From assembly GCA_002269645.1 (NCBI GenBank), contig NIVC01001150.1, forward strand, positions 1-64,000: a DNA stretch of 64,000 nt. Reading direction: 5' to 3'. The position numbers and the translations under genes are program-made. Origin of the DNA: Macrostomum lignano. Its lineage: Eukaryota. Under the pieces are notes generated by a model that saw nothing but the letters and a program-made list of their open reading frames with translations, was not told where the DNA came from and searched no databases. Positions 11,008 through 22,900 of the stretch are shown here, one piece after another. Within the stretch, counting starts at the first letter, position 1. Each line of letters starts with the position of its first letter.

Positions 11008-13171
11008 AGAGGCCCGGGTGGTCTTTTTCCCAAGCCTGTAAAGAGCGACTACCAATCGGTGAAGGCCTTCAGGCCTATCAGCCTCACCTCTTTCTGCTTT
11101 AAGCTCCTCGAAAGGCTGGTGCTTTGTGACGTCTATTCTCGGTCGAGCTGAGGCGCTTCCCACTCTCACAGAACCAGCGCGCTTTCCGCGCGGGCAGGTT
11201 CACTGAGAGTGCCCTCCATGTCATCGTTGACCTTCTGGAGAGGGCCGTTCTTGGCTGCGGCTATGCCCTCTCGCTTTTTCTGAACATTGAGGGGGCCTTT
11301 GACAATGTCATCTTCGAGGCCTTTTGCAGAGCCCTGGAATCCAGGGCCACCCACCCTCACCTTGTCCGGTGGATCATGTTCATGGTCTGGAGCCGCACTG
11401 TCGTGGCCCATTTGAACGGCAGCTCTCTAACGGCGCCTGTCCAGAAAGGGGGCCCTCAGGGCGGGTTCCTTACCCCTCCCTGTTCTCTGGAACATGGTCG
11501 TGGATGAGTTGCTTTGCAGTGATCTCCATGACCCCATTCTCAAGGTGGGCTATGCCGATGATGTGACCACAATATGCGTGGGCCCCTCGGTCGACACCAT
11601 CAGATCTTCTGCAGGGTTTCCTGGGACGAGCGAAGCGTTAGGCAAACCAATGTGGCCTCAGAATCTCAGAGACGAAAACCACAGCGGTTATGCTTACCAA
11701 CCATGAAGTCCCTTGCCCTCTACGATGTATGGAATGAACATTTCAATGGAGAAGCAGGTCCGCTGCCTAGGCCTCACTCTGGAGGCTTAAGTGGACCTCC
11801 CAGGCTCCCACACCCAAGCTAAACCTAAAAAGCCCTGGTTGTCCTGGCTCAGATCAGGCGCGCCGTGGGCACCGCTTGGGGGTTCACCCCCAGGAAGCTG
11901 TGGTGGATTTACACTGCCATTATCCGCCCTCAATCAGTTACGCCGGCCTTTCATGCCACCGGCTAGCGGCCTGAGCGTCAAGTGCAACCTCGACTTGAAT
12001 TCCTGAAAGGCATGAATTCCTTTCTCAGTGCCCCTCCTCTGTATATTTATATCAAAGGAGAGGCGGCGAAGAGCAACCGGCGCCTTTTGGATCCTGAGGT
12101 GGCCTTCAAAAATTGCGGGCCTTTAAAAAGCGGTCGCTAATCCCACACTCTGACCTCTGCCTCAAGACTCTCGAGGAGTGTGGTGGGCTCAACATCCTCA
12201 CGGTCTCGATCCCAGCCACCCTTCTCCTGAGCAAAAGGTATAGGTGAGTGGCTCAATTAGGCATGGTCTTTCTGGCTTCGGAGCATGCGTCCTCATCAAG
12301 AGAGAAGCGGTGTGGAGCTCAACTCCAGTGTTTTTTAGAGCGAGGTGCTTGCCATCAGCTCCTGCGCGGCAGAGCTACGCGAAAGGCAGCTTAGCGGTCG
12401 GAAATTAATTTTTCAGTGTGACAGCCATGCAGCCCTTCGGGCCCTTTGCCGCTGCACAGCTTTAAATCTGTCTTGTACTGCAACGCCCAGCTCAACGGGC
12501 TTGCGCTAGGCAACCAAGTTGAGCTCAAATGGATCCCGGGCCACGCTGGTTTCCTCGACAACGAGCGCGCTGACCTGCTGGCTGGCTCCGCCGGTGCGTT
12601 TCTGGGCCCCCATCACCGCCTCGGTGATCAACTCCCGTGCCAGGTGCTGGGCTGACTCCGAGCATCTCCGCAGATGGCACGACACCCAGAATTTCGGGCA
12701 ATCCCGTACTGCCCGCACTTGTCCCTCCCTTCTCCTGCGCAGAGCCCTCCTTAGGCTCAACTGCAGGGATCTTAAAGCAGTTAGCATGGCCCTCTCCGAG
12801 CATGGCCGCCTCTCTGGCCACCGCTTCCTTCAGGGCCAAATACCCAAGGAGCGGTGAACCTTCCGCCGCTCAGGCAGTGAAGACCCGAGCACTTTATCTG
12901 CAGCTGCACGGTCTTCGCCAGGGCCAGGCTCACTCACATCGGGCCAAACCCGGTTGTCTCAGATGTTTGCAGGCCCGAGAGCATACCGCTGCTCGCCCGG
13001 TACCTCAGGGACACGCGACGAACTGAGTTCTTCTTCCCCACCGCCGTTGAAGAGGACCGCGCTGCAGGCGAGACTGACTGGTCTCCCTGAGCGACATCGC
13101 TTCGATGGAAGTCATTGATCGACAGGGGCTAGCGGAATGGGCGGTCTCCCCCGCCAGAAGATGCCTCCTGC
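11008..13171 (+). mobile_element. 5'-truncated, degenerate non-LTR retrotransposon (RT + RNase H + CCHC remnant; LOA/R1/I-group-like) with 12-bp target-site duplication
   Basis: RT motifs KAFRPISLTS (~11062), QHAFRAG-STESALH-like, EGAFDN, CPQGG, WNMVVDELL, GYADDV (~11548); RNase H FRAEVLAI and KWIPGHAGFLDNERADLLA (~12526); multiple stops/frameshifts; TSD AGCTTGCAATAG at 10996-11007 and 13172-13183. Confidence 0.92.
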
Positions 13172-13784
13172 AGCTTGCAATAGTACTACTGGAGACTTCC
13201 AAACGTGCAAAATGCTAGGAAATCACTCGGCTTTTCAAATGTTTTTTGTTTTCGTTAAGTCTGTACGTACTTTAAAAGTTACAAAACTGCAGCGGTCTAT
13301 AGCCGCTTTGCTGGAACAACAGATTTGCTCTTTGCCACTTTACCCAGGGTGGCATGCAGTTTTGATTGGAATCGTAGAAACACTTGCAAGTGTCTTGGAT
13401 ACCTGGGTGGCCTTGAACCCAGGTCCATATACTCCATTCTGTCTGGACTCTGGACTTCATATTCCGAGCTGTCTGGGTCGCCCAGTCTCTTGAACAGCCT
13501 TTTCTGCCCTGTCACGGCTAATTAACAGCTGAGTAGCCCATCTTAGATCTCTGTGGTTTCTTCTCTACCCTCGGCATCGCCTCGAGACTTGTTGAGCAGC
13601 CATCGCCCCCTTCTTGGACGCCTCGACCTGTCACTCATCTGGGAGTGGCTGGGCTACCAGTGCTTCTTAAACAAATACCACAGCTTTCATCGGTGTAGCT
13701 CTCACTCAACATTTGCACACCCCAGGCGCTCGTTTTCAATCCCACCCAGCGCTCGGAGCCGAGCCTTCAACAGCCTAGCACTCT

Positions 13785-13805
13785 TTCCAATCTTCTCATT
13801 GGCTA
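13785..13805 (+). promoter_or_regulatory. Possible CCAAT boxes upstream of the DLC-family start codon
   Basis: ccaat and attgg pair ~155-170 bp upstream of ATG 13955; motif match only. Confidence 0.2.
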
Positions 13806-13954
13806 ACCAGCCGCATCTACTCGCTTTGCTTACTTTTTCTCTTCACTTTTTTCTGCTTTTGCTTCAGCAATTTTCTTTAACTGCTGCATCAGCATTGCTT
13901 TTGCTTCATGTTCTGCTCATTGCTTCTGCTTTTGCTCCTGACCAGCCCCTGATA

Positions 13955-16900
13955 ATGGAGACTCGGGCCAAGCGGCGCAGTCTGGTCTTGCCCAGCAGAC
14001 CGCTGCCGGCCACTGCCAACCCTCGCTTCAGCCAGGTGCTCCGCGAGTCCGGCTTCCAGTGCATCATGGAGGACTCTGATCAGTCCGAGGATTCTGACAG
14101 CTCGGACAGTTCTCAAAACATGTCCTCCTTCGTTGCTTGTGGTGGGGAGCCGGCAGCTCCCGTATGCAAGTACCTGATCGGTGAGAGAAGTTTAGACAGG
14201 ACCGTCATCTTTGTCCTTTTCGCCACCTGAAATCCTCGTTGAGTCAGCAATCGCATTTTCCGTTTTCCTATTTCCTTGCATTTTATATAATGTAAATGAA
14301 TACGTTTTATTCTGGCTTTTGAACCCTGGCTTCATTTTTCTGGCGGATTATTGCACTGCTTCTATCGATCAAATTTGCAAGTCTAATACTCATACTCACC
14401 GTCCTTTGAAAACCCTATCGGCTCTGCATAGCTTGTTGAATGATTAATAGTACTTTCAGTCTGATGGTTTTTTCCTGAACACTACGTGATCTTCTTATCT
14501 CTGGGTATTAAAAAATGACCACTGAGCACTTATATTGCTACTTAAAGTACGCTCGAATCATTTCCCTGAAGTCTGCGTCAAGATATTCAGATCACAGATA
14601 TGTTTACTGGGCTTAGATAGTTCGCAAGGGCTTTGGGCACTGCTGCAATCAAGGCGACAGTCAACCCACAGCCAGCAGAGACACGTAGCTATACTCATTC
14701 CGCCGACTCGTGTGCAGGCACACACATTGGATGTACAGCGGCCCTGAGCTTCTCACTGTAGGCATGTACACATTGTGCATTGGAGGTTGGGCATTATGGG
14801 AATGAATCATGCCAGCCGCGGGCCTACTTCTGTGAGTCCCAAACTAATGTGTTCGTTCGGAGAACCAATCCCAGGTACTTTAGCGAGTTTCTACTGAAAT
14901 ACCCTGTTCCCCTCTTCGGGGTTTTGCATGAAACAGCCTCTGGAACTTTCCCAATAGTTTAAAAAAACTTGGGCAGAGATCAAGTCTGGCGCTGTGGAGT
15001 TTTAGACACACTGCAGTATGACTGATGCACACTAAGCGCATGTGAGCATGACCCCTTAAGGGTCGTTGACTCCGCCATCAAACGAAACCGAATTTTGTGT
15101 GTTCACACGACTTGTGCATAAATTTGCGTGATCTGATAGCTCTTTGATGGAGTTGTCAACGATTTTATGCTCTATGCTCACCTGCAATACTGATCCATGT
15201 AACCCCTGTGCGCAATCGCAATCTCTTCAGAAGCAGCGGCCATCTGCAACTGGCTGGAGGAGGCCGGATTCCCGCAGCTAGTCAAGGATTACAACGGTGA
15301 GTGACACTGCCACTTTACACCTGACATTGTCAGAATTGAAACTTTCCAAAACATATTTGGTGGCTAAATTTGTCTGCCGAAGTTTTGAGCAGTTTCGGCT
15401 GGAGTCCCTCAGTGTGAAACTTTCACTAGCTAAGTTTCCTAGGCTTATATTTTCTGAGTTGCAGCAAATCCAACCCGACAGAAATCTGGGAGATTAAGTA
15501 TCCGAAATTCCCTGGGGACTTTGAAAGGCATCGATTTCACTCTCGGAGCTGGGATCAAAAGGTAGATTTGCCTGTCCGGAAAGCAGTTCTGCCCCAGATT
15601 AATCCCTACGCTACGAGTTTTGGAGCAAATTTTTAGCTCATCGGGTTGATGGCGATGGGAGACTGACTAGAATTGCTAGGCTGTGCTCACTGCTGCCTCA
15701 TTTCCGCTGCCTTTCCTTTTCTACTCGGCCTTCCAGCCGGACTTCTGCAGCCGACCGACAACAACTCTGCTGCTGCCGCTGCGCTCACCCCTCGCTGGTC
15801 TGGCCTCAGCCAGGAGTACAAACTGCTCATTGCATGGTGAGTTGCTGCACACTGCTCATTGCGTGGTGAGTTGCACACTGCTAATTGCATGGTGAGTTGC
15901 ACACTGCTAATTGCATGGTGAGTTGCACACTGCTCATTGCATGGTGAGTTGCACACTGCTCATTGCGTGGTGAGTTGCACACTGCTCATTGCATGGTGAG
16001 TTGTTGGACACTGCTCATTGCATGGTGAGTTGCACACTGCTCATTGCATGGTGAGTTGCACACTGCTCATTGCATGGTGAGTTGCACACTGCTCATTGCG
16101 TGGTGAGTTGCACACTGCTCATTGCATGGTGAGTTGCACACTGCTCATTGCATGGTGAGTTGCACACTGCTCATTGCATGGTGAGTTGCACACTGCTCAT
16201 TGCGTGGTGAGTTGCACACTGCTCATTGCGTGGTGAGTTGCACACTGCTCATTGCATGGTGAGTTGCACACTGCTCATTGCATGGTGAGTTGCACACTGC
16301 TCATTGCATAGTGAGTTGCACACTGCTCATTGCATGGTGAGTTGTTGCACACTGCTCATTGCATGGTGAGTTGTTGCACACTGCTCATTGCATGGTGAGT
16401 TGCACACTGCTCATTGCATGGTGAGTTGTTGCACATTGCTCATTGCGTGGTGAGTTGTTGCACACTGCTCATTGCATGGTGAGTTGTTGCACACTGCTCA
16501 TTGCATGGTGAGTTGTTGCACACTGCTCATTGCGTGATGCGTTGCACTCTACTCGTTAACAAAGGCAGCTACTTCAGATTGGGTGAATTAAACGATGCAG
16601 CAAGCTCAGTCTTTCAGACACGATGCTAAGTATTATGCTGGAGAGGCCGGAAGTTGATATTTTAGGAGCCTTGTACACACCGGCCGTTTGTGAGATCAGC
16701 CTCAGTGCATGCGGAACGGGACAGTTTCAAATAGGCAGTGCCCAGGATGGCCCCAGGGAAATGGAAGGCAAGCAAACCCTTGAGTGAAGAAGCAAGTGGT
16801 TACGGTTAGAGTTGGGTTCTTTGCAGGAGCGGCTACCCTGTGTCCCTAAGTTTTTCAATTGCATCCGGGCTTTGGCCTCTCCTAAGTTAAGCTAGGGTCC

Positions 16901-19900
16901 ATCTTTGCTGTCTCGTCTTTCACAAAGAAGAACCTATGCTTGAGATAAAACCAAAGTCTAAGATTCATGTAGCGGTAGACTGGATTGAATAACTGTTGAA
17001 TTGACTGTTCTTGCAAATGGTATATATTGTCATTCCTTGGTTCCCTAGCCTACATGGTCTTGGAGATGAAAAATGAGCTGATGCGAATCATTTTGTTGCT
17101 CCCAGCCATGGCTGACAAGAGTCTTCTGCTTTTCTGCTCTCGCCTAAAGAGACAGCGCATTGCTCAGCCCCGAAAATGAGCAGGGTTGCCCTCATTGGCC
17201 AACTAACCTGCTTCTTGCCTGAGTAAACAGCTTTTTAGGGTGGGGAGCGAGGGATCGATTTTCTGACATTCAGCACCAGTGCAGATCCCCATCCTCGCCA
17301 ATTCCAAAAGCCGAGTCGGTCGCCTGCTCGAGCTCAGTCGGTTGTACCCCGAGCACTTCCTGCCCGACCCAGAGGACTCGGACCGCGACCAACTGCTGCC
17401 AGTGCATTACAGGCACCGCACCTGCCTCTGCTCAATGCCTGACTTGCCCGACCCACCCGACCCGCCGGATGCTCAGGTGCGCGCTCCGTCCGACGCGGAG
17501 GAGCAGCTTGAGCAGCAGGATCAGCTGAGAGAGCTACAGGTAGGACTTTGTAAATGATAGCTGCATTTTGATGCCCTGTTGGAATCCGTGGCTGCCGACA
17601 AGGCGGCTTTTGAGCTGCGACAGGTAGGACTTTGTAAATGATAGCTGCATTTTGATGCCCTGTTGGAATCCGTGGCTGCCGACGAGGCGGCTTTTGAGCT
17701 GCGACAGGTAGGACTTTGTAAATGATAGCTGCATTTTGATGCCCTGTTGGAATCCGTGGCTGCCGACAAGGCGGCTTTTGAGCTGCGACAGGTAGGACTT
17801 TGTAAATGATAGCTGCATTTTGATGCCCTGTTGGAATCCGTGGCTGCCGACAAGGCGGCTTTTGAGCTGCGCTTTCCTGCCGGGTCTGCAGGACTGTTTC
17901 GAATCCCAAGCGGTAACCCAGGCTGCGGGATGTGACGAATCTCCCTGTGCGAATGGCGCCGGGAGGCTCACACAGAAGGCCTATGAAACAGCGGGGCTTT
18001 TTCATTAACTTCAACTGTCTTCTCCCGTTTCTGTCTCCCTCGCCTGCTGCTGGGCGGGGGGCGGCGGTGGGTGCGCGTTTGTTTGCGCGCACGGACAGGA
18101 GGCGGCTGGCGGGCACTACTGTCACAGTTTCCAGTTGCAGCGGTCGCAGCGGTGTGCACGAGCGTCCTGCGCACTCCGCTTCGATCTGGGCAAAGCAGGG
18201 CAATCCTGGGAAGAAATAAAGGGAGAAGGGGCTATTGCGAAAGATGAAGTGAGGGAAAGGCATCTGGGCGCAAAAGGCGGATCGCGTGTCTACAAGCAGA
18301 AAACTCCTCTTGGCAAGTCCTTGGCAGCAACTCCTTTGTAAAGAACTGAGCAGCCAAAAGGTGAGACTCAGTCAGGATTGACTCAGATCAGCTTTAAGTG
18401 ACTGCTAAAAACCTACCCCATGACCCTGCTGTGACCTCCCATCGTACCGGATTAGCTTGACTCTCACTCCAGTTCCTCCCTTCATCTCTTAGCTTAACTC
18501 TCACTCCAGTTCCTCCCTTCATCTCTTAGCTTAACTCTCACTCCAGTTCCTCATTTCATCTCTTAGCTTGACTCCCACTCCAGTTCCTCATTTCATCTCT
18601 TAGCTTGACTCTCACTCCAGTTCCTCATTTCATCTCTTAGCTTAACTCTCACTCCAGTTCCTCACTTCATCTCTTAGCTTAACTCTCACTTCAGTTCCTC
18701 CCTTCATCTCTTAGCTTGACTCTCACTCCAGTTCCTCCCTTCATCTCTTAGCTTAACTCTCACTCCAGTTCCTCCCTTCATCTCTTAGCTTAACTCTCAC
18801 TCCAGTTCCTCCCTTCATCTCTTAGCTTGACTCTCACTCCAGTTCCTCCCTTCATCTCTTAGCTTAACTCTCACTCCAGTTCCTCCCTTCATCTCTTAGC
18901 TTAACTCTCACTCCAGTTCCTCCCTTCATCTCTTAGCTTGACTCCCACTCCAGTTCCTCATTTCATCTCTTAGCTTAAATCTCAGTCCACTTCGTCATTT
19001 CATCTCTTAGCTTAACTCTCACTCCAGTTCCTCCCTTCATCTCTTAGCTTTAATCTCAGTCCACTTCCTTATTTCATCTCTTAGCTTAACTCTCACTCCA
19101 GTTCCTCCCTTCAGCTCGCAGCTTAACTCTCAGTCCACTTCCTCCCTTCATCTCTTAGCTTGACTCTCATTCCAGTTCCTCCCTTCATCTCTTAGCTTAA
19201 CTCACACTCCAGTTCCTCCCTTCATCTCTAAGCTTGACTCTCACTCCAGTTCCTCCCTTCATCTCTTAGCTTGACTCCCACTCCAGTTCCTCCCTTCATC
19301 TCTTAGCTTAACTTTCAGTCCACTTCGTCATTTCATCTCTTAGCTTAACTCCCACTCCAGTTCCTCCCTTCATCTCTAAGCTTGACTCTCACTCCAGTTC
19401 CTCCCTTCATCTCTTAGCTTGACTCCCACTCCAGTTCCTCCCTTCATCTCTTAGCTTAAATCTCAGTCCACTTCCTCATTTCATCTCTTAGCTTAACTCT
19501 CACTCCAGTTCCTCCCTTCAGCCCGCAGCTTAACTCTCACTCCAGTTCCTCCCTTCATCTCTTAGCTTAAATCTCAGTCCACTTCCTCATTTCATCTCTT
19601 AGCTTAACTCTCACTCCAGTTCCTCCCTTCAGCCCGCAGCTTAACTCTCACTCCAGTTCCTCCCTTCATCTCTTAGCTTAAATCTCAGTCCACTTCCTCA
19701 TTTCATCTCTTAGCTTAACTCTCACTCCAGTTCCTCCCTTCAGCCCGCAGCTTAACTCTCACTCCAGTTCCTCCCTTCATCTCTTAGCTTAAATCTCAGT
19801 CCACTTCCTCATTTCATCTCTTAGCTTAACTCTCAGTCCACTTCCTCCCTTCATCTCTTAGCTTAACTCTCACTCCAGTTCCTCCCTTCAGCTCGCAGCA

Positions 19901-22900
19901 CAGATCCGAGTGCTTGGATACATTTGCTGTTGACTGGCTTCTGCTTTTGACTGGCTTTTTGTAGCAGTGCTTTTGCTACAATGTTAGCGCCTACGAAGTC
20001 TGTTCTGCTCTTCTTTCCTCAGTTTATCACATCGACCCGCTGTGGTCTTCGCACTCATCTCACAATAAAATCGAGAAATTCAGGGGTGCTGCTTAATATT
20101 TCATTCTCTTTGAAGTTTCCGCGTAGACATCAGTCCACAGCTTCTCAAAGATTGTAGATAGATCATAAATAGATCAGAAGTGTTGCATTTTTCTCATTCA
20201 ATACATTTTGAAAAGTTAAATATCAATTTTTATTGAACTCTGCCGTTTGCAAAGCCAGAAAATTGGTTCCTATTGAAATTCTGTGCAGCTTCTGATTCCG
20301 AGGCCACGTGTTTTCTTTTCAGCCACAGCTTTTCTTAAGACTACTTATGAGTAGAACTTTGGAATCCGCAGCTGACCACGTGGAATGTCTATGGTCGCGC
20401 CCGCCCCTGTTTTTGCCCCGCCGCCCCGCTGGCCGCACCGGCCCATCACTCATCGCCAGGATGGCGCCCAACCCCATCTTGTCTGCTGCATCTGTGGCTA
20501 TTTTTATCCTCCTAGTTATTGATAGCTCCCCCAGAAAGCTGGTTCGGCTTCTTTCCCGCTGAACTTGTAATTGCGAAAGCCCTGGCCCCTGTTCTTCCGA
20601 GTTTTGTAATTCCTGCTTGTTCCCTACTGAGCGAATGGCCGCGGCTTCAGGATTTGCACTTTTTCACCAAACTGCCGGGCCCAAGTTCTGGCAAACTTTG
20701 TCTTGCCTGAGAGGGTCCGAGCAGCTTCCTGGCCAAATGCATCCTAATTGCTGATGGAGGCCGGCATTCGAGTGTCGTCTCTTCCACTTTGCGCCCGCGT
20801 CACCGCCACGGCGGTGGGTGCGGGCGGCTGCAGCCCAGCCTGCGCTTCGCTCCACTTTGAATTTGCTTCAACTGGTCGGGGATGCGCTCTGAGTATTGCG
20901 CTTTTATGATAGAATCGAGGAATGTTTACCAAACTGAAGCAGGTGAAAGCGATTCAACTGGCCCATGGACCCCGGGATCCGACAGGCAGACCATTTGTTC
21001 ATTAGAACTGATTTCAACAATTCTTTGCTGCACTTGTATTGGGCTTTGCCTGTGCTTTCTTTGAGCCATCAGTTTCAAGCTAAGCAGAAGCACATTCAAA
21101 GTTGCTGCCAGTTCCCCAACGAATTCCACCCTTCCCAGAGATGCAGTCCGCCTACCGACACTTCCCATCTTCATCAGCGGCCTAGGGTTCGGCGGCAGCA
21201 GCCGCGTACTTGGGGCCCGTCATGGGATTGCGCTCGCGCTGGGGTGCTTTGGGGAGAAATGGAGGGACTTGCGTTGGCGCAGATTGTCAGCTGGCCCCTG
21301 CGGCTTGCATTCCCGCTGTTTTGACTCGCGCCCTCCGCCTCCGCCCTGGTCCTCCGATGCGCGGCCTCTGCCTGCCGCCCAGGCCAGTGCGGACGGCTTT
21401 TTAATGGGGCTGCATGTGGAACTGGGGGGGGGGGCAGCCACCACTCGCTTGCCGGGATTTCCGCATCGCCCTCCTATCGCCCTGCCCCGCTCTACCCCCT
21501 TCGCCCTGCCCTCTCAGTTCCGAACCGAAATCTTTTCGAGCGTAAAAGCCTATTTTTTCTTACTGATGTGGCAGACGGGCTGGGAAAAGGCAGGCAGGAA
21601 GCGGGATTCGCATTGCCGGGAAGATTATCCTAACGAGCTGAGCTGCCACCTGTATTGCATGAACTGCTTCACCGTGCCGCAGCCGGAGCGCCAGGGCAGC
21701 CAGCAGCACCAGCAGCGCCGCAAGCAACACCAAGCCGGGCCACCTGGCGACACGCTGACGGTCGACCTGAGCAGCCGCGACTCCGTGCTCGAGCCCGGCA
21801 GCAGCGGTCAGTTTGCCAGCCCCGGCTCCTCGACCGCCGCCGCTGATCCGCCGTCGGGGGGAGCCGCCGCCGCAGAGCCGCAGGCGCCGCCAAAGTCGCC
21901 ACGCGGCCACATCTTCCGCTCCGCCAGCCTCCGCCTCCGCTCGGCACTCAGCCGCCTGCATCGGGACGCCTTCGGCTTTCGCTCTCTGCGCCGCTCAAAG
22001 ACAGCGCGTGGCGCCAGCCAGCAGCAGCCGGAGTCGCAGCCAGGCACTTCGGCAGCGTCGACCTCTCAGCCGCAGGAAAAGCTCGGAAACCGGCCTCAGC
22101 CGATCGGCATAGAGACAGAGGCTGAGCTCTCCTCCATCATGTCTTCCGCTGGCTACACACCGTCCACGCTGGCTCCGTCCGAGGACGAGAGCTTCATGAC
22201 CACCAGCTCCTCGCTCAGCCAGCGCTTCAACTTGCGCACCGGCAGCTTCCACAACCGCAGCGTCGGAGCCGCCCCTGCCGTGGCTGGCGCTGCCGCTGCC
22301 TGCTCTGCCTCGGGGGCATCGAGGTCCTCGCAGGCGAACAGCGAGGATCTGGACCGTGTGCTGTCGGAGCTGAGCACCGGCCTCACCGTTCTCAGAGGTG
22401 CGTAGGGATTTCGGTATCTGTGTGGGTGATTTATTTAATTTATCCGTGTGTGTCTCTGAATTGGATCCTGATTGAGCTCGATTGACAGCGCTTGATCCAT
22501 GGACCACTAAATTAGGATGCAGCACCACCAAACCGTGAAGGCTTTACTTTGACGAGGGGGTTCACTGTGTAGAATTTATTTGAGATTTGAATATTTGAGC
22601 TCTATGCCAATGCAGTGCAACTTTGCTCACAGAGGGGGAACTTTGCCCCTTCTAGACTTGCAATGACAAAATAAATTTAAATGCATCTTGTCGCGGAGTA
22701 AACTGTGCATTTTTAAAGCCAAGCTAATGAGATAAGGAGTCCGGCAAAATCCCAGAGCATTTTAGTGATAACTACTCACCTTTCTTTAATGCCAGAGGCA
22801 GCTCTCAATTGTCACATTCTCAGCTGAAAGCCAAAGCTCTCAATCCTACAGTCAACTCAAAGCTAAAGCTCTCAATCCTACAGTCAACTCAAAGCCAAAG

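Noticed and set aside
13553-13954. 5' extension of the RhoGAP first exon from the ORF track
   Set aside because: Non-ATG start and pyrimidine-rich UTR/promoter-like composition; ATG 13955 preferred.
20965-21574. Alternative N-terminal coding exon(s) of the RhoGAP gene
   Set aside because: No phase-consistent splice or domain support; the GC-rich 20380-20460 region could still be an internal promoter but cannot be supported from sequence alone.
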